Source of the DNA: Nitrospirota bacterium
GTDB lineage: Bacteria; Nitrospirota; Nitrospiria; Nitrospirales; Nitrospiraceae
Reading direction: 5' to 3'
Assembly: GCA_963703955.1 (NCBI GenBank)
Contig: CAVPGK010000012.1
Location: 32,001-96,000, forward strand
Length of the DNA: 64,000 nucleotides
The notes under the pieces were generated by a model that was not told where the DNA came from, ran no database searches, and worked only from the letters and a program-made list of their open reading frames with translations. Position numbers and translations under genes: made by a program. Positions 8,583-19,978 of the stretch are shown in pieces (positions within the stretch are counted from its first letter, which is position 1; the number at the start of each line of letters is the position of its first letter).

Positions 8583-10760
8583 TTATCGGTCCTGCCAGGT
8601 TCGAACGCGCCGGGCGGTGATGACTCCCTCCACACGCTCCACAGCCTTCAACACTCGGCTCAGGTGCGCGGTGTCCGTGACTTCGATCACAAAGTCCAGC
8701 AGAGCTTTCTGATCCTCCCGCGTTGTGATTTCGGCGCGGCTGATATTGGCCTCGCAGGTTGAGATGGAGGACGAGACATTGGCGAGGACTCCGGGCTTGT
8801 CCACGGCCAATACCGACATTTTGACTGCGTGCGTGCTCGGAGACGTGGTATCCCATTCCACTTCCACCAGCCGCTCTTTGTCGTAATCAAGCGCGTCCAG
8901 ATTCGGGCACCCCACCGAGTGAATCGTCAGTCCTCGGCCTCGCGTAATGTAGCCCATGATCCGATCCCCGGGGACAGGATTGCAGCAGCGGGATAGTTGC
9001 ATCAACAGATCCCGGTCGCCTATGACCTTGACGCCCTTCTCCGGCTGCTTGGCCGTTGCGGGACGCAGTTCAACCGTTTCGTCCGCGGTCGGTTGACGCG
9101 CCGCTTCCGGACGCGGAATCAGGCGGTTGATCACCTGCGCCGTCGAGACGCGGCCATAGCCCACCGCCGCCGCCAATTCGTCGGTTGTATCACAGCCCGA
9201 CTCCCGAGCGACCTGTAAGAACCGGTCCGACTTGAACATCTGAGCAGGAGGCAGTTCGTGGCGCCTGAATTCCCGCTCCAGTAATCGCCGGCCAATTTCT
9301 ATGCTGCGCTTCTGCTCTTCGCCCTTGAGCCAATGCTTAATTTTGGTTTTGGCCCTCGGCGTCCGGACAAATTTCAGCCAATCCCTATGGGGCACTTGGG
9401 TCGGCGCGGTGAGAATCTCAACGGTGTCGCCGCTGGCGAGTTGATGCTTCAGCGGCACGATCTTGCCGTTGACCTTTGCCCCGACACAATGATCACCTAC
9501 TTCGGTATGAATCGCATAGGCAAAATCGACGGGCGTCGCCCCAAGGGGCATCTCCTTCACCATTCCTTTCGGGGTGAACACGTAGACGACATCGTGGAAG
9601 AGGTCCAGCTTGACCGTGTCCATGAACTGGCGGTTGTCCGTCAGGTCTTGGTGCCACTCCACGAACTGGCGCAGCCAACTGAAGATTTTGCCGTCTTTCT
9701 CATCAATCTGGCCGTGTTCCTTATACTTCCAGTGAGAAGCGATCCCATGCTCTGCGATCCGATGCATTTCTTCCGTCCGGATTTGAAATTCCACGTGTTC
9801 GCCCTTGGGACCGACGACCGTGGTATGCAGCGATTGATATAAATTGGATTTTGGAATGGCGATGTAGTCCTTGAATCGCCCCGGGACGGGACGCCACAAA
9901 GAATGGATCAATCCCAGGATCGCATAGCAGTTCATTTTCACATCGGTGATGACGCGAATGGCGGTGAGATCGTAGACCTCTTCGAATGAAATGGATTGGC
10001 GCTCCATCTTCTGGTAAATGCCGTACAAGTGCTTGGGGCGTCCGTGAACCTCACCGGTCAAGCCCGCTTCAGCCAACGCCGCGCTCACCTCGCGAATGAC
10101 TTCTTCGATGTATTGCTGGCGTTCCTCGTCCCGTTTCGCCACCCGAAGTTTGAGTCCGGCGTACGCCTCCGGTTTGAGATACTTTAGACACAGGTCTTCC
10201 AGCTCATTCTTCATCCATCCGATGCCAAGCCGGTTGGCGAGCGGCGCGTAAATTTCCAAGGTTTCCTGGGCGATCTGTTGCCGCTTGGTTTCAGGGAGAT
10301 GCTCGAGCGTCCACATGTTATGAAGACGGTCGGCCAGCTTGATGAGGACGACGCGGATGTCGTCTGCCATCGACAATACCATCTTGCGAAAATTTTCAGC
10401 CTGCTTTTCCTCGTAGTTCCTGAATTTGATTTTTCCGATCTTCGAGACACCGTCGACGAGCCGGACGATGTCCTTTCCGAACAATTGCTCCAATTCATCC
10501 TGAGTCGCCAGCGTGTCTTCGAGGGTGTCGTGAAGTAAGCCCGCCACGATCGCGGTGACATCGGAGCGGAGCGACGTAAGTACGCCGGCTACCGCGAGAG
10601 GATGCTGAAGATATGGCTCTCCCGACTGCCGCATCTGGCCTTCGTGGGCTTTGGCTGAGAATTCATAGGCCCGCCGCACCAGATCCGTTTCCGCATCCGG
10701 GTTGTAGCTCTGCATCCGCTTGATCAGCTGATCAATATGCGTAATGGTCTCGTACGGCAT
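8583..10760 (-). CDS. rel: Bifunctional (p)ppGpp synthetase/hydrolase (long RSH)
   Basis: Intact HD hydrolase motif LLHDTLED, GRPKHLYGIY, RFKD, TGS, CC and ACT regions. Confidence 0.96.
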   Translation of the reverse strand: MPYETITHIDQLIKRMQSYNPDAETDLVRRAYEFSAKAHEGQMRQSGEPYLQHPLAVAGVLTSLRSDVTAIVAGLLHDTLEDTLATQDELEQLFGKDIVRLVDGVSKIGKIKFRNYEEKQAENFRKMVLSMADDIRVVLIKLADRLHNMWTLEHLPETKRQQIAQETLEIYAPLANRLGIGWMKNELEDLCLKYLKPEAYAGLKLRVAKRDEERQQYIEEVIREVSAALAEAGLTGEVHGRPKHLYGIYQKMERQSISFEEVYDLTAIRVITDVKMNCYAILGLIHSLWRPVPGRFKDYIAIPKSNLYQSLHTTVVGPKGEHVEFQIRTEEMHRIAEHGIASHWKYKEHGQIDEKDGKIFSWLRQFVEWHQDLTDNRQFMDTVKLDLFHDVVYVFTPKGMVKEMPLGATPVDFAYAIHTEVGDHCVGAKVNGKIVPLKHQLASGDTVEILTAPTQVPHRDWLKFVRTPRAKTKIKHWLKGEEQKRSIEIGRRLLEREFRRHELPPAQMFKSDRFLQVARESGCDTTDELAAAVGYGRVSTAQVINRLIPRPEAARQPTADETVELRPATAKQPEKGVKVIGDRDLLMQLSRCCNPVPGDRIMGYITRGRGLTIHSVGCPNLDALDYDKERLVEVEWDTTSPSTHAVKMSVLAVDKPGVLANVSSSISTCEANISRAEITTREDQKALLDFVIEVTDTAHLSRVLKAVERVEGVITARRVRTWQDR

Positions 10761-10773
10761 GGCATGACACGCG

Positions 10774-12477
10774 CTATAGCGAGGGCGTCGCTCGAATATC
10801 TCTGATCTTCAGTTGGATCTTGTCCAGCCCGTTCCAGCGATGCAACTCCGGCATAAAGGCGAGATCCACGGGTTGGCCGGGTGAAAACCCGCGCTCAGCG
10901 AAGGCGCCCATCCGAAAGCCAATGCTCTCGAACGGGTGAGAATTCTTTTGCCGCACCGTCAGTTTGAGATGGCGATCCCCGACCACACGCGACTCCAACA
11001 CCGTCAAGTTTCTCACGGCAAAGGTCGGTTCCGGATTGCCGGTCCCAAAGGGGTGAAGAAGATCCAACTCCCGAACGAGCTGTGGCGCCATATCCAGAAG
11101 ACTGACCTCCGCATCCACGTGAAGGACCGGATCGTACGGATGCCCGCCTGACCACTCGCTTGCGACGTCGGCAAACCGTTTCAGGAACTCCGGTAGAGCA
11201 GCCTCGCGTATCGTCAGGCCGGCCGCATCGGGGTGCCCCCCAAATCTCTCCAAGAGATCACGGCACAGGGACAGCGCCTGATAGAGATCAAAGCCCGGGA
11301 TACCGCGCGCAGAGCCCTTCCCGATTCCATGCTCGTCCACGGCCACGACGATGGCGGGACGATGATAGCGTTCGACGAGCCGCGCCGCGACAATTCCCAC
11401 GACCCCCACATGCCAGTGTCGCGCCCACACAACGAGCGCCGAGGGTGCGTCTATATTCGCCGCAAGCGCCATTGCATCAGCGGTCATTTCTTCCTCGATT
11501 TGCTGGCGATTTCGGTTCAACTCTTCCAACTGCCCGGCCAGTTCGATCGCTTCCGCATCTGACTCCGTGGTAAGCAGCCGTACGCCAAGCTCCGCATGGG
11601 CCAACCGTCCGGCCGCATTGATCCGCGGAGCCAGTCGAAACGCCACGGTATCCGCTGTACAGGGTCGGTCAATACCCGCAACCTGTTTCAGCGCGCGCAG
11701 ACCGGGTCGCGATCCCTGAGAGATCAAGGCCAATCCTTCTCGCACGAAGCGCCGATTCTCATCCTGTAAAGGAACGATATCGGCAATAGTGGCCAACGCC
11801 ACGAGATCGAGCAAGGACTCGACCGCGCGCCCTCCGCCTCCATACTTCGCCTGATAGGCCGTCACCACTTTGAACGCCAAACCCGCTGTGCAAAGCCCTG
11901 CGAACGGATAGCGGGAGTCCTTTCGATGAGGATTGAGGAGCGCGAGTGCGGGGGGAAGATGGGCTTCACCTTGGTGGTGGTCCGTAATGATGACCTCCAT
12001 CCCAAGTCGCGTCGCCGTCTCGACCTCACGATGCGATGTGGTTCCACAATCGGAGGTCACGAGCAAGGTGACACCCTCAGCCGAGAGGCGCTGAATCGCC
12101 CCGTCATTCAGTCCGTAACCTTCGTGAAGACGATGTGGGACATACCAACCCGCATTGGCACCGACCCGGCGGAAGAAGGTCACATAGAGACTCGTGGCCG
12201 CCATACCGTCGACATCATAATCTCCGTAAAAACAGACCCGTTCCCCGAATTTCACCGCCCGGTGTAAACGATCGACCGCCAGGTCGATATCCGGAAGCAA
12301 GAATGGATCGCGGACATCAGCCTGATGAAACGATAACCAATGCGATGCCTGTTCCCTGGTCACCACCCCACGGGCAAGCAACACCGACGCGGTAATCGGA
12401 GAGAGTGAGAGCATAGACGCCAGCGCCATTTGTTCGTCCCGACTAATCTCGCGAAAAACCCACCGTCTCTTGACCAT
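10774..12477 (-). CDS. recJ: Single-stranded-DNA exonuclease RecJ
   Basis: YGDYDVDG, ITDHH, LAPRINAAGRL, GKGSAR, FGGHPDAAG, PFGTGNPEP; start likely MVKRRW. Confidence 0.95.
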   Translation of the reverse strand: MVKRRWVFREISRDEQMALASMLSLSPITASVLLARGVVTREQASHWLSFHQADVRDPFLLPDIDLAVDRLHRAVKFGERVCFYGDYDVDGMAATSLYVTFFRRVGANAGWYVPHRLHEGYGLNDGAIQRLSAEGVTLLVTSDCGTTSHREVETATRLGMEVIITDHHQGEAHLPPALALLNPHRKDSRYPFAGLCTAGLAFKVVTAYQAKYGGGGRAVESLLDLVALATIADIVPLQDENRRFVREGLALISQGSRPGLRALKQVAGIDRPCTADTVAFRLAPRINAAGRLAHAELGVRLLTTESDAEAIELAGQLEELNRNRQQIEEEMTADAMALAANIDAPSALVVWARHWHVGVVGIVAARLVERYHRPAIVVAVDEHGIGKGSARGIPGFDLYQALSLCRDLLERFGGHPDAAGLTIREAALPEFLKRFADVASEWSGGHPYDPVLHVDAEVSLLDMAPQLVRELDLLHPFGTGNPEPTFAVRNLTVLESRVVGDRHLKLTVRQKNSHPFESIGFRMGAFAERGFSPGQPVDLAFMPELHRWNGLDKIQLKIRDIRATPSL

Positions 12478-12535
12478 CAGCCCCCTGACCAACTTCTCGT
12501 GACACTCACAAATCAATGAGATTTCAGCGGAATAC

Positions 12536-12560
12536 TAGTCTGACGATCCGGCTTTGTCAA
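12536..12560 (-). promoter_or_regulatory. Probable sigma70 promoter for recJ-rel
   Basis: Minus strand TTGACA, 17 bp spacer, TAGTAT; edges approximate. Confidence 0.5.
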
Positions 12561-12591
12561 ACGGACGCAGGAGAACCTTGGGCAAACGTTC

Positions 12592-12681
12592 AGGGCGACC
12601 AGAGCAATCATGGTAACACCCCTCGGGACCCATTGTCAGGGGCAGGGGCGACCGGGTTCAAAAACCGTCGATGGTCGCTCT
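12592..12681 (+). other. Structured intergenic element with a tRNA-like layout (candidate ncRNA, strand uncertain)
   Basis: 10-bp closing stem AGGGCGACCA/TGGTCGCTCT enclosing a CCCCT..AGGGG hairpin and a CGAC(C)GG-GTTCAAAAA-CCGTCG hairpin. Confidence 0.3.
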
Positions 12682-12734
12682 AATCAATGCGCGTGAGATA
12701 CGGAGGGCGGAAGGAGTGGAGACGAGGCGGGTGT

Positions 12735-12932
12735 TTACTCCCCACCTTTCTGAACATAGTTCTTGACGAACTCTTCGGCATTCTCTTCGAGGACGTCGTC
12801 GATCTCATCGACCAACTTATCGATATCTTCTTTCAGTTTCTTTCCGGCTTCGACCACCTTCGGATTCGGCTTGACCTCTTCTCTTGTCTGCGTGTCCTTT
12901 TTTGATTCCGGTCTCCTCTCCTGTTTTTCCAT
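12735..12932 (-). CDS. pup: Prokaryotic ubiquitin-like protein Pup
   Basis: C-terminus IDKLVDEIDDVLEENAEEFVKNYVQKGGE is the Pup signature; GAGGAGG RBS. Confidence 0.93.
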   Translation of the reverse strand: MEKQERRPESKKDTQTREEVKPNPKVVEAGKKLKEDIDKLVDEIDDVLEENAEEFVKNYVQKGGE

Positions 12933-13050
12933 CGGAGTCCCTCCTCACAATTCGAACACCAGTGAGATCGCATCGCTACACCTAAGATACTCTAGGCTTT
13001 CCCAAACCGTCAAGCAACACGTCAAGGCACATGGCGCATCCATTGAATCC

Positions 13051-15108
13051 TCATGGGGCAATCAACGACACGATAAGCAGGGCGACGATATTGATAACCT
13101 TGATCATGGGATTGATCGCCGGTCCTGCGGTATCTTTGCATGGGTCACCGACGGTATCACCGGTTACTGCAGCCTTATGGGTGTCCGTGCCCTTCTTTCC
13201 TTGCTCCTCAATGAATTTCTTAGCATTATCCCACGCTCCACCGCCGCTCGTCATCGAGATGGCCACAAAGAGTCCTGTGACGATACTCCCGACCAGCATG
13301 CCACCCAATGCCTGCGGGCCCAGGACCACACCGACGAGAATGGGCGACAGCACAGGAATGAGCCCGGGAATCATCATCTTCTTGATCGCGGCCTGAGTCA
13401 CGATGTCGACGCAGGTTCCATACTCCGGTTTTCCCGTCCCCTCCATGATGCCTTTAATGCTCCGGAACTGTCGCCGGACTTCTTCCACGACCAATCCACC
13501 TGCCTGGCCGACGGCTTTCATGCACAGCGAACCGAACAGAAACGGCAACATCCCTCCGAGAAAGAGGCCAACCAACACAGACGGATTCGACAGATCAAAT
13601 CCGCTGCGTTGATTCTCCCCGGCGACCGCTCGGGCATATTCGGCAAAGAGCACGATCGCGGCCAAGCCTGCCGAGCCGATGGCGTACCCCTTCGTCACCG
13701 CCTTGGTCGTATTCCCGACCGCGTCCAGCGGGTCCGTGATGTTCCGGACGTCACTTCCTAAATGGGCCATCTCCGCGATGCCACCTGCATTATCGGTGAT
13801 CGGTCCGAACGCATCGATCGCGACCACGATACCCGCCATCGAGAGCATGGACACCGCCGCGACCGCCACACCGTAGAGACCTCCCGCCGTCGCTCCTCCG
13901 CAGATCCAGAAACTGGCAAGGATCGCACCCGCAATGACCACCACCGGCCATGCCGTCGCCTGCATGCCGACCGCGAGGCCTGCGATAATGTTCGTCGCAT
14001 GTCCGGTTTCACTGGCCTTGGCGATCTCCTGGACCGGCGAATAACTCTTGGAGGTGTAATAGTCTGTGATAAACACGAGGGCCAGCGTCACCGCGAGCCC
14101 CAGCAGCGCGGCAACGTAATAGCTGACCCCGCTGACCCCTCCCACACCCTCCATTATCTTCACAGTGATCGGATAGAAGGCCACCGCCGCAATCCCACCC
14201 GCGACAAAAAGCCCCTTATAGAGAGCGGACATAATCCCGCCGCCCGGGCCGACTTTCACGAACATGATGCCGATGATCGTCGCTAAAATGGTGAGCCCTC
14301 CCAATACAAGCGGATACAGGATGGGTTCTGCCTGGCCCTTGAACATGGTATAGGCCAGCACCATAGCCGCCACGGTTGTAACGGCGTAGGTTTCAAAGAG
14401 GTCGGCCGCCATGCCGGCGCAATCGCCGACATTGTCACCGACGTTGTCCGCGATGACCGCCGGATTTCGCGGATCGTCCTCCGGAATACCCGCTTCCACT
14501 TTCCCGACCAGGTCCGCTCCGACGTCGGCCGCTTTGGTGAAGATGCCTCCGCCGACACGTGCGAACACGGAAATGAGGCTGCCTCCGAATCCGAGGCTCA
14601 GCAACGCATGGATCGCCTTCTCCTGCCCGACCATCGTTGAGGCGATGGCGTAGAAGCTGGTTAAGGCCAGCAGGCCGAGTCCGATCAGGAGCAGGCCGGT
14701 CACGGCTCCGCCTCGGAAAGCCACCGTCAACGCGGCATTGAGCCCTTGATGCGCCGCCTGAGCGGTCCGCACGTTCGCCCGCACGGCGATGAACATGCCC
14801 ACATACCCTGCGAGTGACGATGCCACGGCGCCGACCAGAAACCCGACAGCGGTGACCAGCCCGAACTTATCGGACCACAGCCCGGCGACCCATAGCAGCA
14901 CGAACAGCACCACCGCCACCGCGCCGATCGTTCGGTATTGTCGATTCAGGTAGGCAGCCGCGCCCTCTTGGATAGCCTGCGCGATGCGCTGCATCTCCTT
15001 ATTGCCGGCGTCCAACCGAAAGACCCACAACGTCAAGTACAGCCCATAGCCGATGCCGACTAGGGATGATGCGATCGCGAAGACAATCACGCTCGTCGAA
15101 AGATCCAC
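13051..15108 (-). CDS. hppA: Membrane-bound H+-translocating pyrophosphatase, K+-independent type
   Basis: [35 protein letters not shown] (Lys at the K+-dependence position), [10 protein letters not shown]. Confidence 0.95.
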   Translation of the reverse strand: MDLSTSVIVFAIASSLVGIGYGLYLTLWVFRLDAGNKEMQRIAQAIQEGAAAYLNRQYRTIGAVAVVLFVLLWVAGLWSDKFGLVTAVGFLVGAVASSLAGYVGMFIAVRANVRTAQAAHQGLNAALTVAFRGGAVTGLLLIGLGLLALTSFYAIASTMVGQEKAIHALLSLGFGGSLISVFARVGGGIFTKAADVGADLVGKVEAGIPEDDPRNPAVIADNVGDNVGDCAGMAADLFETYAVTTVAAMVLAYTMFKGQAEPILYPLVLGGLTILATIIGIMFVKVGPGGGIMSALYKGLFVAGGIAAVAFYPITVKIMEGVGGVSGVSYYVAALLGLAVTLALVFITDYYTSKSYSPVQEIAKASETGHATNIIAGLAVGMQATAWPVVVIAGAILASFWICGGATAGGLYGVAVAAVSMLSMAGIVVAIDAFGPITDNAGGIAEMAHLGSDVRNITDPLDAVGNTTKAVTKGYAIGSAGLAAIVLFAEYARAVAGENQRSGFDLSNPSVLVGLFLGGMLPFLFGSLCMKAVGQAGGLVVEEVRRQFRSIKGIMEGTGKPEYGTCVDIVTQAAIKKMMIPGLIPVLSPILVGVVLGPQALGGMLVGSIVTGLFVAISMTSGGGAWDNAKKFIEEQGKKGTDTHKAAVTGDTVGDPCKDTAGPAINPMIKVINIVALLIVSLIAP

Positions 15109-15366
15109 GGAAGAACCCTCCTAATCCAGTTGCACCGGAACGGTTTGAGGCAGCCCTCACTCTCCCTTATCGGAGTCCGTCTCCGCAAGTCTCTGAATTT
15201 GCTTTACAGTACGAAAGCCTCTAAAAGGCCGGCACATTGTATACACGCACAGGGGAATGATCAAGACGAAACCCCACAGAAATACGGAGGTGAGCGCTGT
15301 AATGCACTTGCTCATTGCCCCGCATTGTGACAAAAGAAGGTGGACGGGAGTGGATCGGAGGGCCTG

Positions 15367-17094
15367 ATGACTCGAATCGAAGCACGAGCCGAAGGGCATT
15401 GGGCAAGGGTTCGGAATACTTGTCAGGAAATAGTCAGCAGCAAGGCAGCACCCTGGCTTGTCCTCATACTCGTCGGGCTCTTCGCCTTCTTTGGGAATCT
15501 CAGTCTCTCTCTCTTTGAGGGGAGCGAAGGTTTGTATGCCCAAATCACGCGAGAGATGGTCCACTCGCAACACTTTACTTCTCTGACCTACCAGGAAGAA
15601 CCCTACTCGAATAAGTTTCCGCTTTTCTTTTGGGTGCTGGCCTTCTCGACCGGCCTCTTCGGCGAGAACGAGATTGCGCTCCGGTTGCCGGGAGCGCTGT
15701 TTAGTTTCGGGATCATGGCGCTGACCTATGCGCTCGGGAAGGCCCTTTTTTCGAGAACGGCCGCCTTCTGGGCGGCACTCCTCGTTCCCACGACCCATGT
15801 GTATCTGTGGTATGGCCGTCGCGTGCTCTTCGACTCGATGCTGACCTTCTTTATCACTTTGGCGCTCCTGGCGTGGGTGCGGGCTCACATTCAAAAATTG
15901 GGATCCTGGTGGTATGCGGCCTGCTTCGTTTCGATGGCTCTTGCTGCCATGACGAAGGGGTTACATGGATACGTCCTTCCATTGGTGGTCATCGCCGTCT
16001 TTCTTGTCATCACGAAGGATGCCACTCCGTTCAAGAAATGGTCAGTGTGGATCGGGCTTTTCTTGTCCATCGCCCTCATGACCGCATACTCACTGAACCT
16101 GGATGTTGACCTGCAAAAGCATTTCAATCCACTCAAAGCCTCCCGATCGGTTTTCGAGTTTGTCACTGTCCGGCCATCCACAGAAAGGCACCCCATCTAT
16201 TGGTATCTCCTCATCATGTGGTTTGATTTCTTCCCCTGGTGCGCCTTGGTCCCATCCAGTCTCCTCGCAGTGCTTTCCAAACGGCCTCTGCGGCCGAGCC
16301 CAGCCGAAGCCTTCGTGCTGGCCTGGGTCCTTGGCATGTTTGTGGCGTTGAGCGTGTCAAGCCTCAAGCGGGAGCCTTACCTGATGTCCCTGGTGCCCGG
16401 GCTCGGTCTCATGATCGGTTACTATCGCCAAACCGTCTCGCATGCCTCCGAGCAGAATCGATGGGCCACATGGCTCCTCAGATTGCTGCTCGCTCTGCTG
16501 GCAGTTGCCTTCACCGTGGCCTTGTTCACCGGCCCCTCCCTCCTGCATCGCCGCTGGAGCGTCGAACCGGCTCTGTTTCCAGTTGTATACCTCCTCGTCA
16601 TGATCGTGCTTTCCATGGCTCTCATCTATTGGGCCGTTCGATTTGATATTCGGAGAGCCTTTCAAACCACAGGGGCTTTGGCCATCGGATTTGCATTCGG
16701 CGTCGTCCAGTTCGTCCTGCCAGCTATCGATCAAGCCGGTTCGGCAAGACAGATCAGCGAGGACATCAAGGCAATTGCCACGAACTCCGCTCAGCCCATA
16801 CACAGCTACAGTCCGCGATGGCCTAAGAATGAGGATGCGATCTATTACCTCAATCTGCCGCCTGCCCTGCCGCGCATAGCCTCAGAAGACGCCTTGATCG
16901 AGATTGCTCGTGAGGCCGGGCATGTGTCTGCGGTCATGGATAAGACCGTTCTTAACGATCTCAGGACGCGGGACGATCTCACGATCGAGCTGGTCCGCGA
17001 ATTTCCTCGGCCGAGGGATAAGGGCATGTATTTGCTTACCGTCCAGGTGAAGAAGCCCGCAGGACCCGATGTCCGGGGCGGCCGCCCCCGTTAG
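15367..17094 (+). CDS. ArnT/PMT-family membrane glycosyltransferase
   Basis: SEGLYAQITREM, KFPLFFW, ALRLPGA, MTKG, WFDFFPW, KREPY; many TM segments. Start uncertain (15340 or 15367). Confidence 0.88.
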   Translation: MTRIEARAEGHWARVRNTCQEIVSSKAAPWLVLILVGLFAFFGNLSLSLFEGSEGLYAQITREMVHSQHFTSLTYQEEPYSNKFPLFFWVLAFSTGLFGENEIALRLPGALFSFGIMALTYALGKALFSRTAAFWAALLVPTTHVYLWYGRRVLFDSMLTFFITLALLAWVRAHIQKLGSWWYAACFVSMALAAMTKGLHGYVLPLVVIAVFLVITKDATPFKKWSVWIGLFLSIALMTAYSLNLDVDLQKHFNPLKASRSVFEFVTVRPSTERHPIYWYLLIMWFDFFPWCALVPSSLLAVLSKRPLRPSPAEAFVLAWVLGMFVALSVSSLKREPYLMSLVPGLGLMIGYYRQTVSHASEQNRWATWLLRLLLALLAVAFTVALFTGPSLLHRRWSVEPALFPVVYLLVMIVLSMALIYWAVRFDIRRAFQTTGALAIGFAFGVVQFVLPAIDQAGSARQISEDIKAIATNSAQPIHSYSPRWPKNEDAIYYLNLPPALPRIASEDALIEIAREAGHVSAVMDKTVLNDLRTRDDLTIELVREFPRPRDKGMYLLTVQVKKPAGPDVRGGRPR

Positions 17095-17123
17095 ATGAGG
17101 AGGATCATCCCTATTTTGTCACT

Positions 17124-17157
17124 ATTGAGCGCCGCGCTGAAGGGACGCGGTGCTCAA
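17124..17157. terminator. Stem-loop downstream of the ArnT-like gene
   Basis: TTGAGCGCCGCG-N9-CGCGGTGCTCAA; no strong U tract; edges approximate. Confidence 0.4.
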
Positions 17158-17502
17158 ACGATCTTAGCGACATGGTTCTATGAAACTGTTGTAACCATGA
17201 GATTGATATGCTTTTCAACTATTCAACAAGATACCATCACCACCGCGACCGGCGTTTCCAGTGATTGCTATACGCCCTTGCAATAATTTTATAGCCTTTG
17301 AAGAATGCCGCCGCGATTGCACCGACATAGCTGACTCGCAGTCTTGCCATACAAACCGGTGATGCCAGACGAGGGATCGAGAGCCCTGAATCAGTGCCGA
17401 TATTCGGAAGAAGTACGAGAGGTAGAATCCCATCAATCACATCTATGGAGAGACTGAAGACTCCAGAAACACTCCCCTTCCAACCAACATTAAGGAGGAC
17501 TC

Positions 17503-17898
17503 GTGAAATACTTCATCACTAACATAGAGGACGCTACGGCAGACAATCAGCACTATAGAAGAGAATTGTTTACGGCAAAGCATAGCCAGCTCGTGCTGAT
17601 GAATCTCAGGCCCGGCGAGGAGATTGGGATGGAAGTCCACGAACTGGACCAGTTTATTCGCTTTGAAGCCGGTGAAGGCAAAGTCGAGCTCAATGGAAAA
17701 GTACATGACGTTCATGATGGAATCGCCGTCGTCATTCCCGCCGGAACCAAGCATAACGTGATGAACACATCGTCTCAAGACCTGAAGCTCTACAGCATCT
17801 ATAGCCCTCCCGAGCATAAAGTCGGCACTGTTCATAAGACGAAGCAAGAGGCAGAGAAAGACATCGATCACCACTTCGATGGTCGGACATCGGGATGA
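17503..17898 (+). CDS. Cupin-domain protein
   Basis: QLVLMNLRPGEEIGMEVHELDQF, IPAGTKHNV, LYSIYSPPEH; AAGGAGG RBS, GTG start. Confidence 0.9.
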   Translation: MKYFITNIEDATADNQHYRRELFTAKHSQLVLMNLRPGEEIGMEVHELDQFIRFEAGEGKVELNGKVHDVHDGIAVVIPAGTKHNVMNTSSQDLKLYSIYSPPEHKVGTVHKTKQEAEKDIDHHFDGRTSG

Positions 17899-17942
17899 AC
17901 CAATCAAGATAGGCGGGCAAGAGGGAAGCGCGAGGGAACGTC

Positions 17943-19781
17943 ATGGCCTACCAACCCATTGAACATTACGGCCTCATCGGCAACATGCGGACCGTCGCGC
18001 TTGTGGGCATGAACGGTGCCATCGATTGGTTGTGTTTTCCGCATTTCGATTCACCGAGTGTGTTTGCCGCGATTCTCGATGATGCGAAGGGCGGCCGTTT
18101 CCAGATCGCTCCTATCAACGATGACGTGAGGTTCAAACAGTTCTATTGGCCGGAAACCAATGTGCTGATCACGCGTTTTCTCTCGCAGGATGGAGTGGGC
18201 GAGATTGAGGATTTCATGCCGGCCGGCATGGGGTCAGGATCCGAATGGCATCACCAACTGATCCGGCACGTCAAAGTGGTTCGAGGCAGCATGAGATTCC
18301 ACCTGGAATGCCATCCGGCCTTTAACTATGCTCGCACGGCGCATGAGACCAAACTCGATCTGCATGGGGCTGGGTTCTATACGCCCCACTTGAGCCTCGG
18401 GCTTGCGACCACTCTTCCTTTGAAGCTCGATAAGCGCGGCGTGTCCGCCGAATTTACGTTGCAACAAGGCCAGGCGGCCGTCTGCGTACTCCGGCAAATT
18501 ACGCCTGAGCAAAGCTGCGGTGCTTCTCCTCCTGACGAGGAAGCCCGCGCGCTGTTCGAAACGACGGTCGACTTTTGGCGCCGCTGGCTGTCGCAGTGCA
18601 ACTACCTGGGTCGCTGGCGGGAAATGGTCTATCGATCCGCATTGGCCCTCAAACTGCTCACGTTTGAGCCGACCGGAGCGATCGTCGCCGCGCCGACCTG
18701 TAGCCTACCGGAGGGGATCGGCGGCATTCGAAACTGGGACTACCGCTACACCTGGGTCAGGGACGCGGCCTTTACATTGTACGGCTTGCTTCGGATCGGA
18801 TTTACTCGGGAGGCGGCCGCGTTTATGGAGTGGCTGGATGCGCGCGCGCGCGAGAAAAGTCATGCGCCCGGTCCCCTCCAGATCGTATATGGCATCGACG
18901 GCCGCACCAATTTGAAGGAGGAGATTCTTGATCACTTGGACGGTTATAAAGGGTCGCGTCCCGTCCGCATCGGCAATGGGGCGTACACACATCTGCAGTT
19001 GGACATCTACGGCGAGCTTCTCGACTCTGTCTACCTGTACAACAAGTATGGAAGCCCGATCTCCTATGACACGTGGGTTCACTTACGGGATATCCTGAAT
19101 TGGCTTTGCGAGACCTGGAATCAGGAGGATGAGGGGATCTGGGAAGTACGGGGTGGGCGGCGACACTTCGTGTACTCCAAATTGATGTGCTGGGTGGCGA
19201 TGGATCGCGGCCTTCGCTTGGCCGACAAGCGGTCGTTTCCCGCAGATCGCATGAAGTGGTTGGCGGTGCGGGATCAGATCTATGAAGAGATCATGGCCAA
19301 AGGGTGGAGCAGCTCGCGTCAGGCGTTTGTCCAATATTACGGGAGCGATTCATTGGATGCGTCGAATCTGCTCATGCCCTTGGTGTTCTTTCTCTCGCCC
19401 TTCGATCCCCGCATGCTGAAGACGTTGGAGGCGATCAACCGCCCGCCGATGGAGGGTGGCTTGGTGTCGGATGGTCTGGTGTTTCGGTACGACGCCGCCA
19501 AGGGGGTAGACGGGCTACACGGGGCGGAAGGCACCTTCAACATGTGTTCGTTCTGGCTCGTCGAAGCGCTGACCCGGGCAGGACGTGAAGATCGCCGGAA
19601 GCTGGATGAAGCCCGACTGTTATTCGAGCGGATGCTAGGTTACGCCAACCATGTGGGTCTCTATGCCGAAGAGACCGGCGACCATGGAGAGGCCTTGGGA
19701 AACTTCCCGCAGGCCTTCACTCATCTCGCCTTGATCAGTGCGGCGTTCAACCTCGACCGTGCGCTTGGACAGAAGAAATAA
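17943..19781 (+). CDS. Glycoside hydrolase family 15 (trehalase/glucoamylase-like)
   Basis: [43 protein letters not shown]. Confidence 0.93.
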   Translation: MAYQPIEHYGLIGNMRTVALVGMNGAIDWLCFPHFDSPSVFAAILDDAKGGRFQIAPINDDVRFKQFYWPETNVLITRFLSQDGVGEIEDFMPAGMGSGSEWHHQLIRHVKVVRGSMRFHLECHPAFNYARTAHETKLDLHGAGFYTPHLSLGLATTLPLKLDKRGVSAEFTLQQGQAAVCVLRQITPEQSCGASPPDEEARALFETTVDFWRRWLSQCNYLGRWREMVYRSALALKLLTFEPTGAIVAAPTCSLPEGIGGIRNWDYRYTWVRDAAFTLYGLLRIGFTREAAAFMEWLDARAREKSHAPGPLQIVYGIDGRTNLKEEILDHLDGYKGSRPVRIGNGAYTHLQLDIYGELLDSVYLYNKYGSPISYDTWVHLRDILNWLCETWNQEDEGIWEVRGGRRHFVYSKLMCWVAMDRGLRLADKRSFPADRMKWLAVRDQIYEEIMAKGWSSSRQAFVQYYGSDSLDASNLLMPLVFFLSPFDPRMLKTLEAINRPPMEGGLVSDGLVFRYDAAKGVDGLHGAEGTFNMCSFWLVEALTRAGREDRRKLDEARLLFERMLGYANHVGLYAEETGDHGEALGNFPQAFTHLALISAAFNLDRALGQKK

Positions 19782-19978
19782 CGGTCAAGGTAGAGAATCG
19801 GCACTTCCCTGAAGGTGGCGATCTCCTTCATCTCAATATCAATACCGTTCACCAAGGGTGGTCGAGGTGCGCCTCGGCAAAGCGAAGGCGAGCGAACTTC
19901 TGGTGGATCGAGCAAGCAATGGCCTAAGAGACGAGGATGGATTACGCCCTACAGGTTCAATCGATGGAGCCTGTCATC

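Noticed and set aside
12575..12630. GGGCAAAC and CAGGGCG segments resembling c-di-GMP-I or Moco riboswitch pieces
   Set aside because: The remaining conserved elements are absent and there is no downstream gene on that strand
12735..12932. Calling the small modifier UBact
   Set aside because: The C-terminus matches the Pup DEIDDVLEENAE.FV..YVQKGG[EQ] signature rather than the Arg-rich UBact-type end
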